Assembly: GCF_039654945.1 (NCBI RefSeq)
Contig: NW_027361696.1
Span: 33,294,001-33,358,000, forward strand
Length of the DNA: 64,000 bases
From: Dendrobates tinctorius
Taxonomy: Eukaryota
Reading direction: 5' to 3'
Below the pieces are notes generated by a model. It did no database searches. It had not been told where the DNA came from and worked only from the letters and a program-made list of their open reading frames with translations. Positions within the stretch are counted from its first letter, which is position 1, and every line of letters begins with the position of its first letter. This document shows, one piece after another, positions 49,184 through 63,841 of this stretch. Position numbers and translations under genes: made by a program.

Positions 49184-49261
49184 GGCTGCATTATATTCAG
49201 AAGGAGATACATTATATTCTTTGGGGGGGCTGTATTATACCATAAGAAGGGGGCTACTTTA

Positions 49262-49687
49262 TAGAGAAAGAAAGAACAGAGAGAGAGAAAGAACAGAGAG
49301 AAAGAAAGAACAGAGAGAGAGAAAGAACAGAGAGAAAGAAAGAACAGAGAGAGAGAAAGAGAGGAAAGAAAGAACAGAGAGAAAGAAAGAGGAGAAAGAA
49401 AGAGAACAGAGAGAGAAAGAAAGAACAGAGAGAGAAAGAAACAACAGAGAAAGAAACATTAGAGAGAGAAAAAAAGATTAGAGAGAGAAAGAAAGATTAG
49501 AGAGAGAAAGAAAGAGGGGAAAGAAAGAAAGAAAGAACAGAGAGAAAGAGAAAGGAAGGGGGCAAAGAAAGAACAGAGAGAAAGAAGAGAGCGAGAAAGA
49601 AAGAAAGAACAGAGAGAGAAAGATAAAAGGAAAGATTAGAGAGAGAGAAAGAAAGAACAGAGAGAGAAAGAAACAGAGAGAGAAAAA
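49262..49687 (+). repeat. Purine-rich (GA/GAAA) low-complexity tract
   Basis: About 425 bp made almost entirely of A and G. Confidence 0.95.
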
Positions 49688-50079
49688 TTCTATAAAGATA
49701 CCATAGCAGCCCGGCTCCCATTGTAGTGCCCACCTGAGCCTCCCGGTGCAGGACATATCATGATCTGCTCACATGGCCGACATCCCTGAGTCCAAGGTGA
49801 TCCTGCTGTCTACACTGTCGGAGGAGGACAAGGTGATGGATCTGAAGCATTCCCTGAAGTGCCTCCATGCTCACGTCACAATCTCCTCTCGAAATTACCT
49901 CATTTCCGGTCAGCTTCTAGCACGTCACTTCTGGTGGAACGTCACGTACGAATTTTAAAGAGCTCCTCAGGGTTCCGCCATGTACTCCTGTATCCGCGGG
50001 AAAAGTAAGCTCCCAGCCGGGGCAGTGGGGCAGACTCTATCAAAATCGGGACTATTGGGAGGTATGAATGCTCCCCACC

Positions 50080-51012
50080 ATACACCTTGTACATGCATGG
50101 CTCCGCCCACATCATGCACACACGGTTCCACTTTCTATGCCTCGCACACACACGGCTCCACTCAGTACACAAATGGCTTCACTCCGTAAACCTCGTACAC
50201 ATGCGACTCTGCTCCGTACACCTTGTACACATGCAGCCATGCTTTGTACACCTTGTGCACACATGTCTTCACTCCGTAAACTTTGTACACATGCTTTGCT
50301 CCATACACCTCGTACACACGCGGTTCCGCTCTGTACACCTCGTACACACGCAGCTCCACTTCTTACACTCCGTACACACATGGCTCTGCTCCGCTCTGTA
50401 CACACACAGCTCAGCTCCGTACACTTCGTATACACGCGGCTCCTCTACATACACACGCAGCTCCACTCCTTACACCCCGTACACACATGGCTCTGCTGCG
50501 CTCCGTATACACGCAGCTCCACTCAGTACAACCCATACACATGGCTGCTCTCCGTACACCCCATACGCACACGGCTCTGCTTCATATACATGTGGCTCCA
50601 CTCCGTACACCCCGTACACACACGGCTCAGCTCCGTACACCTCGTACACACAGGGCTCCGTTCCATACACCTCGTACACACATGGCTCTGCTCCGTACAC
50701 CTCGTACACACACGGCTCCGCTCCATACACCTCGTAAACACACGGCTCTGCTCCGTACACCTTGTACACATCTCTGCTCCATACACCTCGTACACACACG
50801 GCTCTGCTCCGTACACCTCGAACACACATGGCTCCGCTCCGTACACTTCGTACACACACGGCTCCACTATGTACACATCGCTCGTACACACATGGCTTCG
50901 CTCTGTAGACCTCACTCGTACACACATGGCTCCACTCTGTACACCTCGCTCGAACAAACACATCTCCGCTCCGTACATCTTGCACACACACAGCTCTGCT
51001 ACATGCACCCTG
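50080..51012 (+). repeat. ~30-bp minisatellite
   Basis: Unit ctccgtacacctcgtacacacacggctctg, about 30 degenerate copies. Confidence 0.92.
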
Positions 51013-51515
51013 TAAACTCCTCCTGACCCCACACCTAAACTTCCCCTCATCCAGCACCATGACAACCATTGCAGCAGAGTCCGGCATCCACTGAGACCCC
51101 TGATCATGTGACCCTTGACCCCTCCACTCCTGTGACCTCATCACATGTTCTGTGCACACAGAAGAGAACATAGCGGCCCGGCGGCAGAGAGCAAGGAGAT
51201 GATCGATACTCCCTGCTCTGCCGCAGATACAGTTACAGTAGCGTAGCTCCGGGTGGGCCCCCTCAGAGCACGGGGCCCGGGGCCACCGCCCCCTCTGCCC
51301 CCCCGGGTAACTACGCTTTTTTTATATAAGCTCAGTCAGTAAGACTAGAGAAGAGGTCAGAGTGGTGAAAGGTAAAAGTAGGGGGATGCAACTGCAGTTT
51401 TTCTCAATGCATGCTGTGAGAGGATGTAAAGTGATGAGAAAATGGAGTAGATCAGAGGCCCTCAAGTAGCAGCAGGAAAATAAATGAGCTGAGGCAAGAG
51501 GGGAGGAGGGGGATG

Positions 51516-52791
51516 TGTGGCGCCATGAGGCTCGGTCGCCACAGAGGTACTGCACCTCCTCCTGAGGTGTGGTGCCCCACCATCCAGGTAGGTTGGAGGC
51601 TCCTGACCACGTTCCAACACTCGCATCCCACACAACACGGTAGTTCAGCAAAGCCACATTGCGGCTCCCTGCTTGGAGTGTAGCAGAGCACCTTTGGTGG
51701 CTCCCTGCTTGGAACACGAAACGTGCTGGGAGGTGGGTGGAGTTTAGAATACATAAAAGAGCGGGAAGGTTTAGGATTAGAAGTCAGTCTGTGAGAGAAA
51801 GCCACTCAGAGAGGAGTGAAGAAAGAAGATCCCTGAGAGAGAGGGATGGAGGAAGGAGGTGCTGCAGCAGACCTCAGTGACCTGGGTCTGCTGGCACGGG
51901 AAAGGAAAGAAGGAGAAAGACATTGAACTGAAACCTGATCTTCCATGAGGAGAGATTAGTACGGAACAAAGGAGTAAAAGGGAACAGAGGACGTGGGTTA
52001 GAGGAAGAACCCTGCCTAGAAGTTCTAAGGGCAAGGCCGGGGCCCGGTCTCCGAGGTTGTATGGACACTAATGGTTCTGCAGCAGACACCGATGGAGTAG
52101 TGGGCTGTAAATGCACTACTCCCATCTAAGACTTGGGGGCACAACAGCAACATTGATAGTGAGCCGGGATTCAGGAGTAAGGAGTCCCCGAAGCAGGCTG
52201 CAGCTGTCTGCCCTACAAGTAGAGTTCTTGGGAACATCTGTCAGGAGGAACTCCAGTGTAACTCAGTACTAGGAGATCTTCACACTTAAAGGCGCTATAA
52301 GAGGAGACGTTCAGAAAGGTACATGTTGGCGGAGCGTTGGAAGGGAGCACTCCATCTGACCTGGAGGTTGATTGAGCCTCTGGCCCGGAGGACACAGTGC
52401 GGAGGCAGTCACCTGTGTGTACTACAGACTGTGAGTAAAGCTTTGGAACTACAAGCCCTGGTGCTCCATTCACTCTTGCGCCATCACACCTGGTACCGCT
52501 ACATCTGGGTACCAGCTTCTACACTGCCCTGGGACTACAGCTCCACCTGTGGGGAGATTCACCATCTTGGCTGCAACACACCACCAGTCCCAGAGGATCT
52601 GCATGCAGCGTTGGCTTAACATCTCACTTGCCGAACACCACAGGAGGCGTCACGAACTATTCCATTAACTACATTCCACCATTCAATTTCCCCTAATACT
52701 TGGGCGCCCAGGGCCACGGACCGCTGCTGTGACACATCCCGCTGACACCGGTCCGGTACCGAGTACCCCACGGCCCTGGGATGGCGACCCA
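51516..52791. mobile_element. Solo LTR (1276 bp) with a 4-bp TSD
   Basis: GATG|TGTGGCGCCA...TGGCGACCCA|GATG. Removing it restores the local repeat gggggatgcagctgcag. No coding domains. Confidence 0.85.
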
Positions 52792-54130
52792 GATGCAGCT
52801 GCAGTATTTTTTCCATTAGCTCAGACCAATAAGCCTGTAAGACTGGAGATGTCAGAGTGGTACAAGGTAGGAGGATGGGGATGCAGCAGCAGTTTTCTTT
52901 TTTACATTAGTTCAGTCTGTAAGACTTGAGAAGAGGTCCTGTGGTACAAGGTAAAAGGAGAGTCATGCAGCTGCCTTTTTTTTTACATTAGCTCAGTCTG
53001 TAAGGCTGAGTTCACACGTGGTGTTTTTTTCGCGTTTCCGCGGCGGTTTTAACCGCGTGATTTTGCCGCGAAAACACGAAAAATAAGCATCCCATGCACT
53101 CCTATGGGATTCCGCAATGCTGTGCTAATGCTGCGGTTTTTACCACGGCGGAATCGCTTCTCGGTAAAAAACGCAGCATGCTCATTAATTTGCAGAATCG
53201 CGGCAATCCAGCACCCATAGGAATGCATTGTTCCGCTTACTTCCCGCATGTGGCTGTGCACACCATGCGGAAAGTAAGCAGAACAATTGCGGATGGTACC
53301 CACGGTCCGGAGGAGAGGAGACTGTCCTCCGGGCTTTGGGTACCATATCCCTGTAAAAAATAGAATTTTAAAATAAAAAATATTGTTATTCTTACCTTCC
53401 GGCTTCCCACGCAGCCTTCCCGCCTCTCTCCACGCTCCCGTTCCCAGTAGTCCTTTGCGAAAATGCCCGCGATGGCGTCCGTTCTCACGGGATCGCGAAG
53501 TCTCGCGGTCATTCGCGCGACGTCATCGCGAATTACCGCGAGACGTCGCGATCCCGCGAGAACTGACGTCATCGCGGGCATTTTCGCAAAGGATTACTGG
53601 GAACGGATGCGCGGGACGTCGGAGGGAAAGAATAACGCCATTTTTTTAATTTTTTTTTACATTCTATCTTTTACTACTGAGGCCGCATAGGCAGCCTCAG
53701 TAGTAAAAAGTTGGTCACACTTGTCAAACACTATGTTTGACGAGTGTGACCAACCTGTCAATCACTTCTCCAAGTGATGCTCCAGATCGCTTGGAGAACG
53801 CTAGCATTCTGCAAGCTAATTACGCTTGCAAAATGCTAGTTTTTCCGCGGGAAAATCGCGGGAATTTAAAATGTGATTTTCCCGTGGAATGGAATTCCGG
53901 AATTCTCGCGGTAATTTCCGCGAGAGTTCCTGTACGTGTGCACTTAGCCTAAGAGTGGAGAAGAGGGCAGAGTGGTAAGAGGTAAGAGGATGGAGATGCA
54001 GCTGCAGTTTGCTTTACATTAGCTCAGTCTGTAAGACTTGAGAAGAGGTTAGATTGGTACGAGGTAAGAGTAGGGGAAGCATCTGCAGTTTTTTTCTCAG
54101 AATACATGCTGTGAGAAGGGAGAGGAGGTG
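52792..54130 (+). repeat. Local ~75-bp tandem repeat (also at 40540-40830 and 51320-51515), interrupted by a MITE
   Basis: ggggatgcagctgcagtttt..acattagctcagtctgtaagact(g/t)gagaagagg..agagtggta recurs. Confidence 0.8.
53004..53949. mobile_element. PIF/Harbinger-type MITE with TAA TSD
   Basis: TAA|GGCTGAGTTCACACG...CGTGTGCACTTAGCC|TAA; CpG-rich with a central palindrome. Confidence 0.9.
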
Positions 54131-54667
54131 AAAGTAGTAAGACACAGACCTTTATATCCCACCAGGATGAGCCCACTCTAAAGTGCGCACTTGTGGCATT
54201 ATTGGGGGACTAGTGGGAGAGTCTTCATTTTTAAATTTGGTCTGAAAACGTTTTTTTTTTCAGTTACAAAAGTATATAATGTGCTGTTCCTTTCATATCC
54301 TTTTCATATCTTTCAATTTAATGTTGTATTATTAGCTTGTTTTTATGCTTGTCTGCTGCTGCCACATACTGACCAGAAACTTTGTGTCACTCCCTCGATC
54401 CTCCTTTTACATTTTTTCTAGCATGTGGGAGTGTCCTGCAACGCTGAGATTCTATCCTTGCTCAGCAGAGACAATCCTCAGAGTACACAAGGTGCGTCAA
54501 CAGTGTAATGGGCCTGACTATGCACCATACGCCCAGAGACTGGACTTGCGATGGGTAGTCATAGGAAATGTATGTGCGGGTCGTTCAGGAATTTATTCCT
54601 TCAAGATTTACGTGCGTGGAGATGGGCGCACAACTTTCATCAAGCCGTGTCCTCATCATTACAGGGT

Positions 54668-55003
54668 ATTGTGAGGAAAGAGGGAGACACAAGCGCAATA
54701 TAGGGTCTTATCCCACAAATAAAGTAAGCGGTTTGACAGAAAACTGCTCACCTGGTAGTAGGTATTCAAAGCCTGTATAGATAAGGGCTGCTGCAGATCC
54801 ACAAGTCGGTCACCGACTATCTGAAACAGAACTCTGCAAAGGAATACGTGGATTTCGTCCGCGCTGCCCAAATTATGAAATTCCAGAAGGTTAATAAAGT
54901 TTGACAGTGGTCTATTCAAACACTGTCAAACTTTATTAACCTTCTGGAATTTCATCATTTGGGCAGCGCGGGCGAAATCCACGTATTCCTTTGCAGAGTT
55001 CTA
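54668..55003. mobile_element. 336-bp non-coding insertion with a 14-bp TSD and an 82-bp fold-back (possibly a Penelope-type terminal fragment)
   Basis: CATCATTACAGGGT at 54654-54667 and 55004-55017; inverted arms 54828-54909 and 54921-55002. Confidence 0.8.
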
Positions 55004-55102
55004 CATCATTACAGGGTGAAAGAAAAGTTTCCAGATCCAAGATACCTGGTATCGCTTCTCTACATATCAACAACTTGGGAAGATCAGGCTTTCAAACAAC
55101 TA

Positions 55103-56625
<1,523 letters not shown>

Positions 56626-59600
56626 TATGGACGACGATAAAGTAGTCCTGTCTGTAGAGGACAAAGAATTCGTCAAAATAATGGACTGTGAATTCTCTAA
56701 AGACAAAACCAACCACTGTGTTTCTCCATTACCCTTCCGAGCTACCAGAGTAAGACTCCCAAACAATTGGGAACAAGTTCTGTTTAGATTTAATTCTCTT
56801 CAGCGTACCGTGAACAACAATTCTGAAATGAGAGAGCACATAGTCGCCTTTATAGACAAGATATTCTGAAAAAAACATGCAGAACCTGCCCCATCCTTAA
56901 AGAAGAATGAAGAGTGCTGGTATTTGCCTTCATTCAGCATATACCACCCGCAGGAAACCCAATCAAACCAGGGTTGTCTTTGACTCCAGTGCCAAGCATC
57001 AAGGTGTATCCCTTAATGATATTCTCCTCACAGGTCCCAACCTAACAAACAACATGGTAGACTCCTTGATGAGGTTCATAGAAGAGCTTGTTGCCATCAC
57101 CGCCGACATTGAACAGATGTTTCACTGTTTCCTAGTCAGAGAAGACCACCGGAACTTTCTCAGATTTCTGTGGTGCAAGGACAACGATACCAATAAAGAG
57201 ATGGTGGAATATCGTATGAGGGTCCACGTATTTGGAATCAGCCTTTCACCCGCAGTTGCAACTTATGGTCTTTGGAGAACTGCATTAGAGGAAGCGTCCG
57301 AGTATGGAACAGATGCCAGACACATTGTAGAGAAAGACTTTTATGTAGATGACGGGCACAAATCACTTCCCACCGAAGAAGCAGCAATCGATTTACTCAA
57401 AAGAACTCAAGGTATGCTGTTCCAGGCTAAACTCAGGTTGCGTCAAACAGCTTGGTTGTAATGAGAGCCTTCGAGTCAGGTGATCACGCGTCCAGGTTTA
57501 AGGACATCGACTTGGGGCTAGATAGTCCTCTCGTGCAGAGGAGCCTGGGCATCATGTGGGATCTTGCAGCCGACTGCTTCGGATTTCAAGTAAGTTGCTC
57601 AGACAAGCAATTCACAAAACCTGGTGTCCTTTCAGTAGTGAACAGCTTATTCGACCTTCTGGGATTCGCACCCATCACCATACAAGGCAAATCCCTGCTG
57701 AGACAATTCTCTGAAGCTGTCAAGGACTGGGATGAACCACTCCCTCCTGACAAAGAGCAAAAATGGGAAGCCTGGAAAAGGTCTTTGTGCAGCTTGAACA
57801 ACATCCACATCCCAAGATGCTATGTCGAAAAATCATTTGCGATTAGTATAAAGAAGGAACTCCACGTCTTCCCAGACGCTTCCACAGAGGCCATAGCAGT
57901 GGCTGCTTACCTAAAAGTGACGGAACCCAACAGGCAAAACTACGTTGGATTTGTCTTTGGCAAGGCTAAACTAGCCCCGAAGCCCGATCACCCCATTCCC
58001 AGAATCGAACTGTGTGGGACCGTGTTGGCAGTGGAGATCACCGACTTCATACAACAAGAATTGAGTGTCGACATAGTTGAAGTCCAAAATTACACAGACA
58101 GTATGGTCGTTTTAGGTTACATATACAACCAAACAAGACAATTTTATGTATACGTCGGTAACAGCATTGAAAGGATAAGGGGATCCTCTAAAATTGAAAA
58201 ATTGCATTAAGTACCATCCGAACTGAACCCAGCAGACCACACCACAAGGCCTATGTCTGTAGGCTCCTTTGCTAGCTCTTCTTGGCATACAGGTCTTGAA
58301 TTTCTGCTAAGACAGACAGATGAACATGTACAGGAAGCCTTCAGAATCTAAGATCCAGATAACGACTCAGAAGTCCGTGCAGATGTTAACGCCAAAGTCA
58401 GTGGTACAGAGAAAACCTCTGGCCTTGGTTGCCAGCGTTTTGAATGTTTCTCCAGCTGGAGAAGACTTGTCAGGACTATCACAAGGTTAGTTCATATCAC
58501 CAGATGTTATCATAATAACCTTGAAGATAAGGATTGTCATGGTTGGCATATCTGCCACAAGCCCCTCTCCACTGAGGACATCTCTCACAGCGAGTCCCTT
58601 ATAATACATCACCAGGGAGAATTCGCCACAGAATGGAAGTGCTTACACAATAAACAGCAGATTCCAATATGAAGCCCCAACCATATTGACTCCTGCAATT
58701 CTTATTACTCAAAAGACCGACAAAGCAGTAATGTCTAGCGGAGAGTTTACCCATGCCAACACCTACCAGAAGCATTGGAAACGTGTTCAATACTTGGCGG
58801 ACTATTTCTGGAACAGGTGGAGAAAGGAGTATACCATCATTCTTCAAGGGACAGGAAGTGGTGGCATCCCAAGCTGAACCTCAAGGAAGAGGACCTAGTG
58901 CTCATGAAAGACCAACCCACAGAAAGGTCTGACTTGCCTATGGGACTAATTACTAAGATACTCCCTAGCCAGGATAGCAACGTTCGGAAGGTGGAATTGA
59001 AGGTCGTCAGGAAAGGCGAGACAAAGACTTTTACAAGACCCATCCACGAACTTGTTCTGTTGTCTGTCGAGAGCATCCCTGTGGAATGAACAGTACCAGT
59101 TTTGAACCTTTGAGTCTTCCTCTTGATATGTACGTGAGTTATGTTTAATATTGCATTTTAACATGCTTTTCCTTTACAGATCGTTTTGTTATGGACTCTA
59201 CTAGTAAAATCCCCAAAGTGAATTTCAGATGGGGAGTGTGCTGTTCCTTTCATATCCTTTTCCTATCTTTCAATTTACTGTTGTATTATTAGCTTGTTTT
59301 TCATGCTTGTCTGCTGCTACCACCTACTGACCAAAAGTTTTGTGTCACTCCCTCGCACCTCCTTTTCATTTATTCTAGCACGTGGGAATGTCCTGCAACC
59401 TTGTGTATGATTACAATTCCTGGCATCCATTTTACTTCCAGTCACCATGTGAGAAGTACACATCTCTTTTGGGCTGCAGAAAGCAAAGTCTTTTGACCTC
59501 AGTAGTGGCTCCAGGGGTGAACACCCATGAGACAATCACAGTAATGGCTAATTGTGCCATCTGCATTGTACCACCTCATGTCTTTGGGTTATGGCTCAAA

Positions 59601-60469
59601 TAAACCACCGCCGATTCATCTCTCTGCACCCACATTTGAATCTATCCACCCAGGAGCGTTACCTGGTCCTGTCTGCCCCGCTTTAAGGACTCAAAGGTAG
59701 GGCTTCTCACACCATCGCCATAATACACACTTTCAATCGCCTTAAGTGAGGACAGAACATATAAACAAGTGATGAGCTAATGAACATGCAGGACCCTGGA
59801 GTTGCAGCCAGGTCCGTTTTCCAGGAGCCCTATGAGCCGCCTCCCATCGGCCGTCATCCGCAGGGTCATTTGTGCATCACACCACAATGATGACATTGTG
59901 CCTGCTGATCAGAAGTGAAGTTGCGGATGGCAGCAGGTAAGAGGCGGGTGTAGGGCTCCCATCCAGTGGCCACGATAGTGATCCGCTCATCTCTAATACT
60001 GGTGTGGGCTCGCGGCTCGTAAGTGGATAAAGGTGCGCGTTCTCAGCTGATGTCCGAGGACACCCCAATGGGACACACTGATGTCAGCGTAGAGCGCTAT
60101 CGATGGTCGGGATATCCTCATTTAATGGCTTTTTCTTTGCACGTTGCACATTTTACCAATATTCCCAAAAGAAAAAGACATAACCATCATCTGCTGCACG
60201 GGCCAAGGGTTAAAGGAGTCAAGTGCCAACCTAACAAAGCTCTGTTGTGAGGGGCCCGGAGGTCAGTCCAGAGGGACAATCCTCGCAGCTCTGTGGCTAT
60301 TTGTCCTTTGTTTCTTGCAGAGGGTGGTATCACTTGGTACTGTCGGTGCATTATCGGGGCATGACACACACTGCAGCACATCTCTTCTGGGAGAAGATAT
60401 GACAAGCCATCCTGACTGACCGGGGTGAGTCCTCCATCACAAGCTAAAAAGCAAAAATAATACGAATGA

Positions 60470-61070
60470 CTATATAGTATTATTATCTATTATTATTTAT
60501 TATTATCATTACTATTATTAATAATAGTAATGACAATAAATAACAGTAATAATAGTATTAGTAATAATAGTAATACTTCTACTAATAATATGAAATTAGC
60601 TATTTTTACTACTTATATGATTATTAACTGTTATTAATTATTATTAATTATTATAAACTAGTATTGACATTAATAGTAATTATTATTAATATGAAATTAG
60701 ATTTTTTTTTACATATGATTATTGCTATTATTATTACTTTTTGTTATTAACTGTTATCAATTATTAACTAGCATTATAATTAAGAATAATTATTATTAAT
60801 GAATAATATGAAATTAGCTTTTTGCTACTTATGATTATTATTAACTATTAGTAATCTAATCTGTTATTATTAATAATTATTTTTAATATTATTAACAATA
60901 TAAAATTAACTCTTTTTACTGCTTATATGATTATTTATTGTTTAACTATTATTAATTATTAACTAGTATTATCATTAATAATAATAATAATAATAATATT
61001 ACTGAATAATATGAAATTAGCTCTTTTTACTATTTATAGGACGATGCTGATGATGATTATTATTATGGAT
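60470..61070. repeat. AT-rich (TAA/TAT)n tract with a recurring aatatgaaattag motif
   Basis: Very low GC; the motif recurs about 5 times at roughly 90-120 bp spacing. Confidence 0.85.
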
Positions 61071-62229
61071 TTGGACAATTTTGGGGGCATTTAGTTTGTT
61101 ACTTAAATGAATATATTTTTGACTAATATATTTGCAGTAGGATCTCATGTAAAACGTTAGATCTTTTGGTTTCTACAGCTTTTGATGTGTTGTAGTACAT
61201 AACATGAGTTAACAGTGAATCGGTCAGTGAGCGCAGGAGGATCTGTAACTATTGTCTTTCTTCTCCTGTATGCTAAGCTCACTTCCAAATGAAAGGGATC
61301 CTGTCATGTTGAAATTGGTGTTTGATGTGCAAGTAGGATGTTACAGAGCAGGATGAGCTGATCAGATTGATAGACATTTGTATGGGAAAAAGTTTCAGTA
61401 AAAGTTGTATTTTATTCAGTAAAATCCTTGGAGTTTGTAGGTAGGAGTCCAGTGGGCGGTGCTTCTTAGTTAATCACCGTCTTCCCTGTATGACTGCATT
61501 TAGAGAGGTAGCTGTCAATCACTAATAGTCCCGCCCACTGGATTCATAATACAAACAAAGAGATAAGTTATACTGAATCTTTTCCAACAGACCTTTATAT
61601 AAATCTGCTCACTTTCTCCTGTAAACCCTGCTACCCATGGGTCGGGTACATTATTTTGGCAGTGTATGGTGTGGGCACTGGGTATTTGTGGGCACGAGGA
61701 TGTAGATCCACTGATCGGTGTCCGCTGGGCAGAGCCGAACGTCTTATCGTCTTGGTCAATCTTCTTTAAGCTCCTCCCTGGTCCGTTAGTGGATGAGGTG
61801 CTGAAGACCAGCAGACACAGGGCAGACACATTTTATAAGGTAAGGGGCTCTGCAGTTCACTAATGGATATAACTTTAAAAAAATCATCTTTGGTCTGAAA
61901 CAGTGGAGAAAAGGCTTATCCCAAAATCAGAAACATCCCCGTGTTATTATTACATTCTAGGATTTTTTATTGTATTTTTTTATTTTCACAATCAAATAAT
62001 GACCTTGTCTCATGAAAAATGAACTATCTTGATGGAATGTAACCGGCAGCCTCATCTGTGGCAAAACTGAATCAGCAAGTGCTGCCCACGCAATCCTAAA
62101 GCCTAGTGGTGCGAGCATGAGGTCAGCACCTCGTACTAAGGTGCCATACATACTGGGGGGAATCAGCCGATTACGAGTTCAGGAGGGATGTACACCAGGG
62201 TGGGCAAGCTCTGCCCTGGGGAATGGCAC

Positions 62230-63680
62230 GGGAGAGTCAGGACACCCCATACACTGGGGTCAAGAGGGTAAGGGAGAAGCAGGGGTAATGGAGAGACAGG
62301 ATACCCCATATACTGGGGTCAAAGGAGAGTCAGGACACCCCATATACTGGGGTCAAGAAAGAGTCAGGACACCCCATATACTGGGGTCAAGGGAGAGTAA
62401 GGACATCCCCATATACTGGGGTCAAGAAAGAGTCAGGACCACCATATACTGGGGTCAATGGAGAGTCAGGACACCCCATATACTGGGGTCAAGAAAGAGT
62501 CAGGACCACCATATACTGGGGTCAATGGAGAGTCAGGACACCCCATATACTGGGGTCAAGGGAGAGTCAGGAAACCCCATATACTGGGGTCAAGGGAGTT
62601 TAAGGAAACCCCATATACTGGGGTCAAGGGAGTTTAAGGACATCCCCATATACTGGGGTCAAGAGAGTCAGGACACCCAATATACAGGGGTCAAGGGAAA
62701 GTCAGGATACCCCATTTACTGTGGTCAAGGGAGAGTCAGGACAACCCATATACTGAAGTCAAAGGAGAGTCAGGAAACCCCATATACTGGGGTCAAGGGA
62801 GTCAGGACACCCCATATACTGGGAACAAGGGAGAGTCAGGTCATCCCATATACTGGTGTCAAAGGAGAGTCAGGTCATCCCATATACTAGGGTCAAGCAA
62901 GAGTCAGGACATTCCCATATACTGGGGTCAAGAGAGTTTCAGGACACCCCTTCCCCTTATACTGGGGTCAAAGGAAAGTCAGGACGCCCCATATACTGGG
63001 GTCAAGCGAGAGTCAGGACATTCCCATATACTGTAGTCAAGAGAGAGTCAGGACATTCCCATATACTGGGGTCAAGAGAGAGTCAGGACACCCCATTTAC
63101 TTGGGTCAAGGGAGAGTCAGGACACCTCATATACTGGGGTCAAAGGAGAGTCAGGACACCCCATATACTGGGGTCAAAGGAGAGTCAGGACACCCCATAT
63201 ACTGGGGTCAAGAAAGCGGACACCCCATATACTGGGGTCAAGGGAGTTTAAGGACATCCCCATATACTGGGGTCAAGAGAGTCAGGACACCCAATATACT
63301 GGGGTCAAGGGAGAGTCAGGATTCCCCATTTACTGTGGTCAAGGGAGAGTCAGGACAACCCATATACTGGTGTCAAGAGAGTCAGGACACCCCATATATT
63401 GTGGGCAAGGGAGAGTCAGGATACCCCATATACTGAAGTCAAAGGAGAGTCAGGATACCCCATATACTGAAGTCAAAGGAGAGTCAGGACACCCCATATA
63501 CTGGGGACAAGGGAGAATCAGGACACCCAATTTACTGGGGTCAAAGGAGAGTCAGGAGGACACTCCATATACTGAGATCACGGAAGAGTCAGAACACCCC
63601 ATATACTGGGGTCATGGGAGAGTCAGGAAACCCCATATACTGGGGTCAAGGGAGAGTTAAGACACCCCATATACTGGGCA
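62230..63680 (+). repeat. ~33-bp minisatellite with an internal hairpin
   Basis: Unit ggagagtcaggacaccccatatactggggtcaa, about 43 copies. Confidence 0.95.
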
Positions 63681-63841
63681 AACACATAAAGAGAAGGCTG
63701 ACAGCACTCACTGATAAAGGAAGCCCGCTCACGATCCAGGGAACCCACATGGAAAATAGCAACAATCAAAAGAAGTTAGAACAGTGTCCAATCCCGGTGA
63801 AGAAGTTGAAATAAAGCTTTATTCCACCAAGAAGTCACGAC

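Larger units (their letters stand above)
40834..51318. mobile_element. Probable old non-autonomous hAT-like element swollen by nested insertions
   Basis: Left end cagagaCGTAGCTA and right end TAACTACGct resemble degenerate inverted termini. The flanks belong to the same local ~75-bp repeat family. No TSD found. Confidence 0.4.

Noticed and set aside
62230-63680. CRISPR-like appearance (palindromic ~33-bp repeats), also at 13.3 kb and 25.6 kb
   Set aside because: The units are head-to-tail with no unique spacers, there are no cas genes, and the context is eukaryotic.
63690-63840. Possible Penelope-type terminal fragment in reverse orientation
   Set aside because: It is short, cut by the following MITE, and has no TSD or ribozyme core visible.
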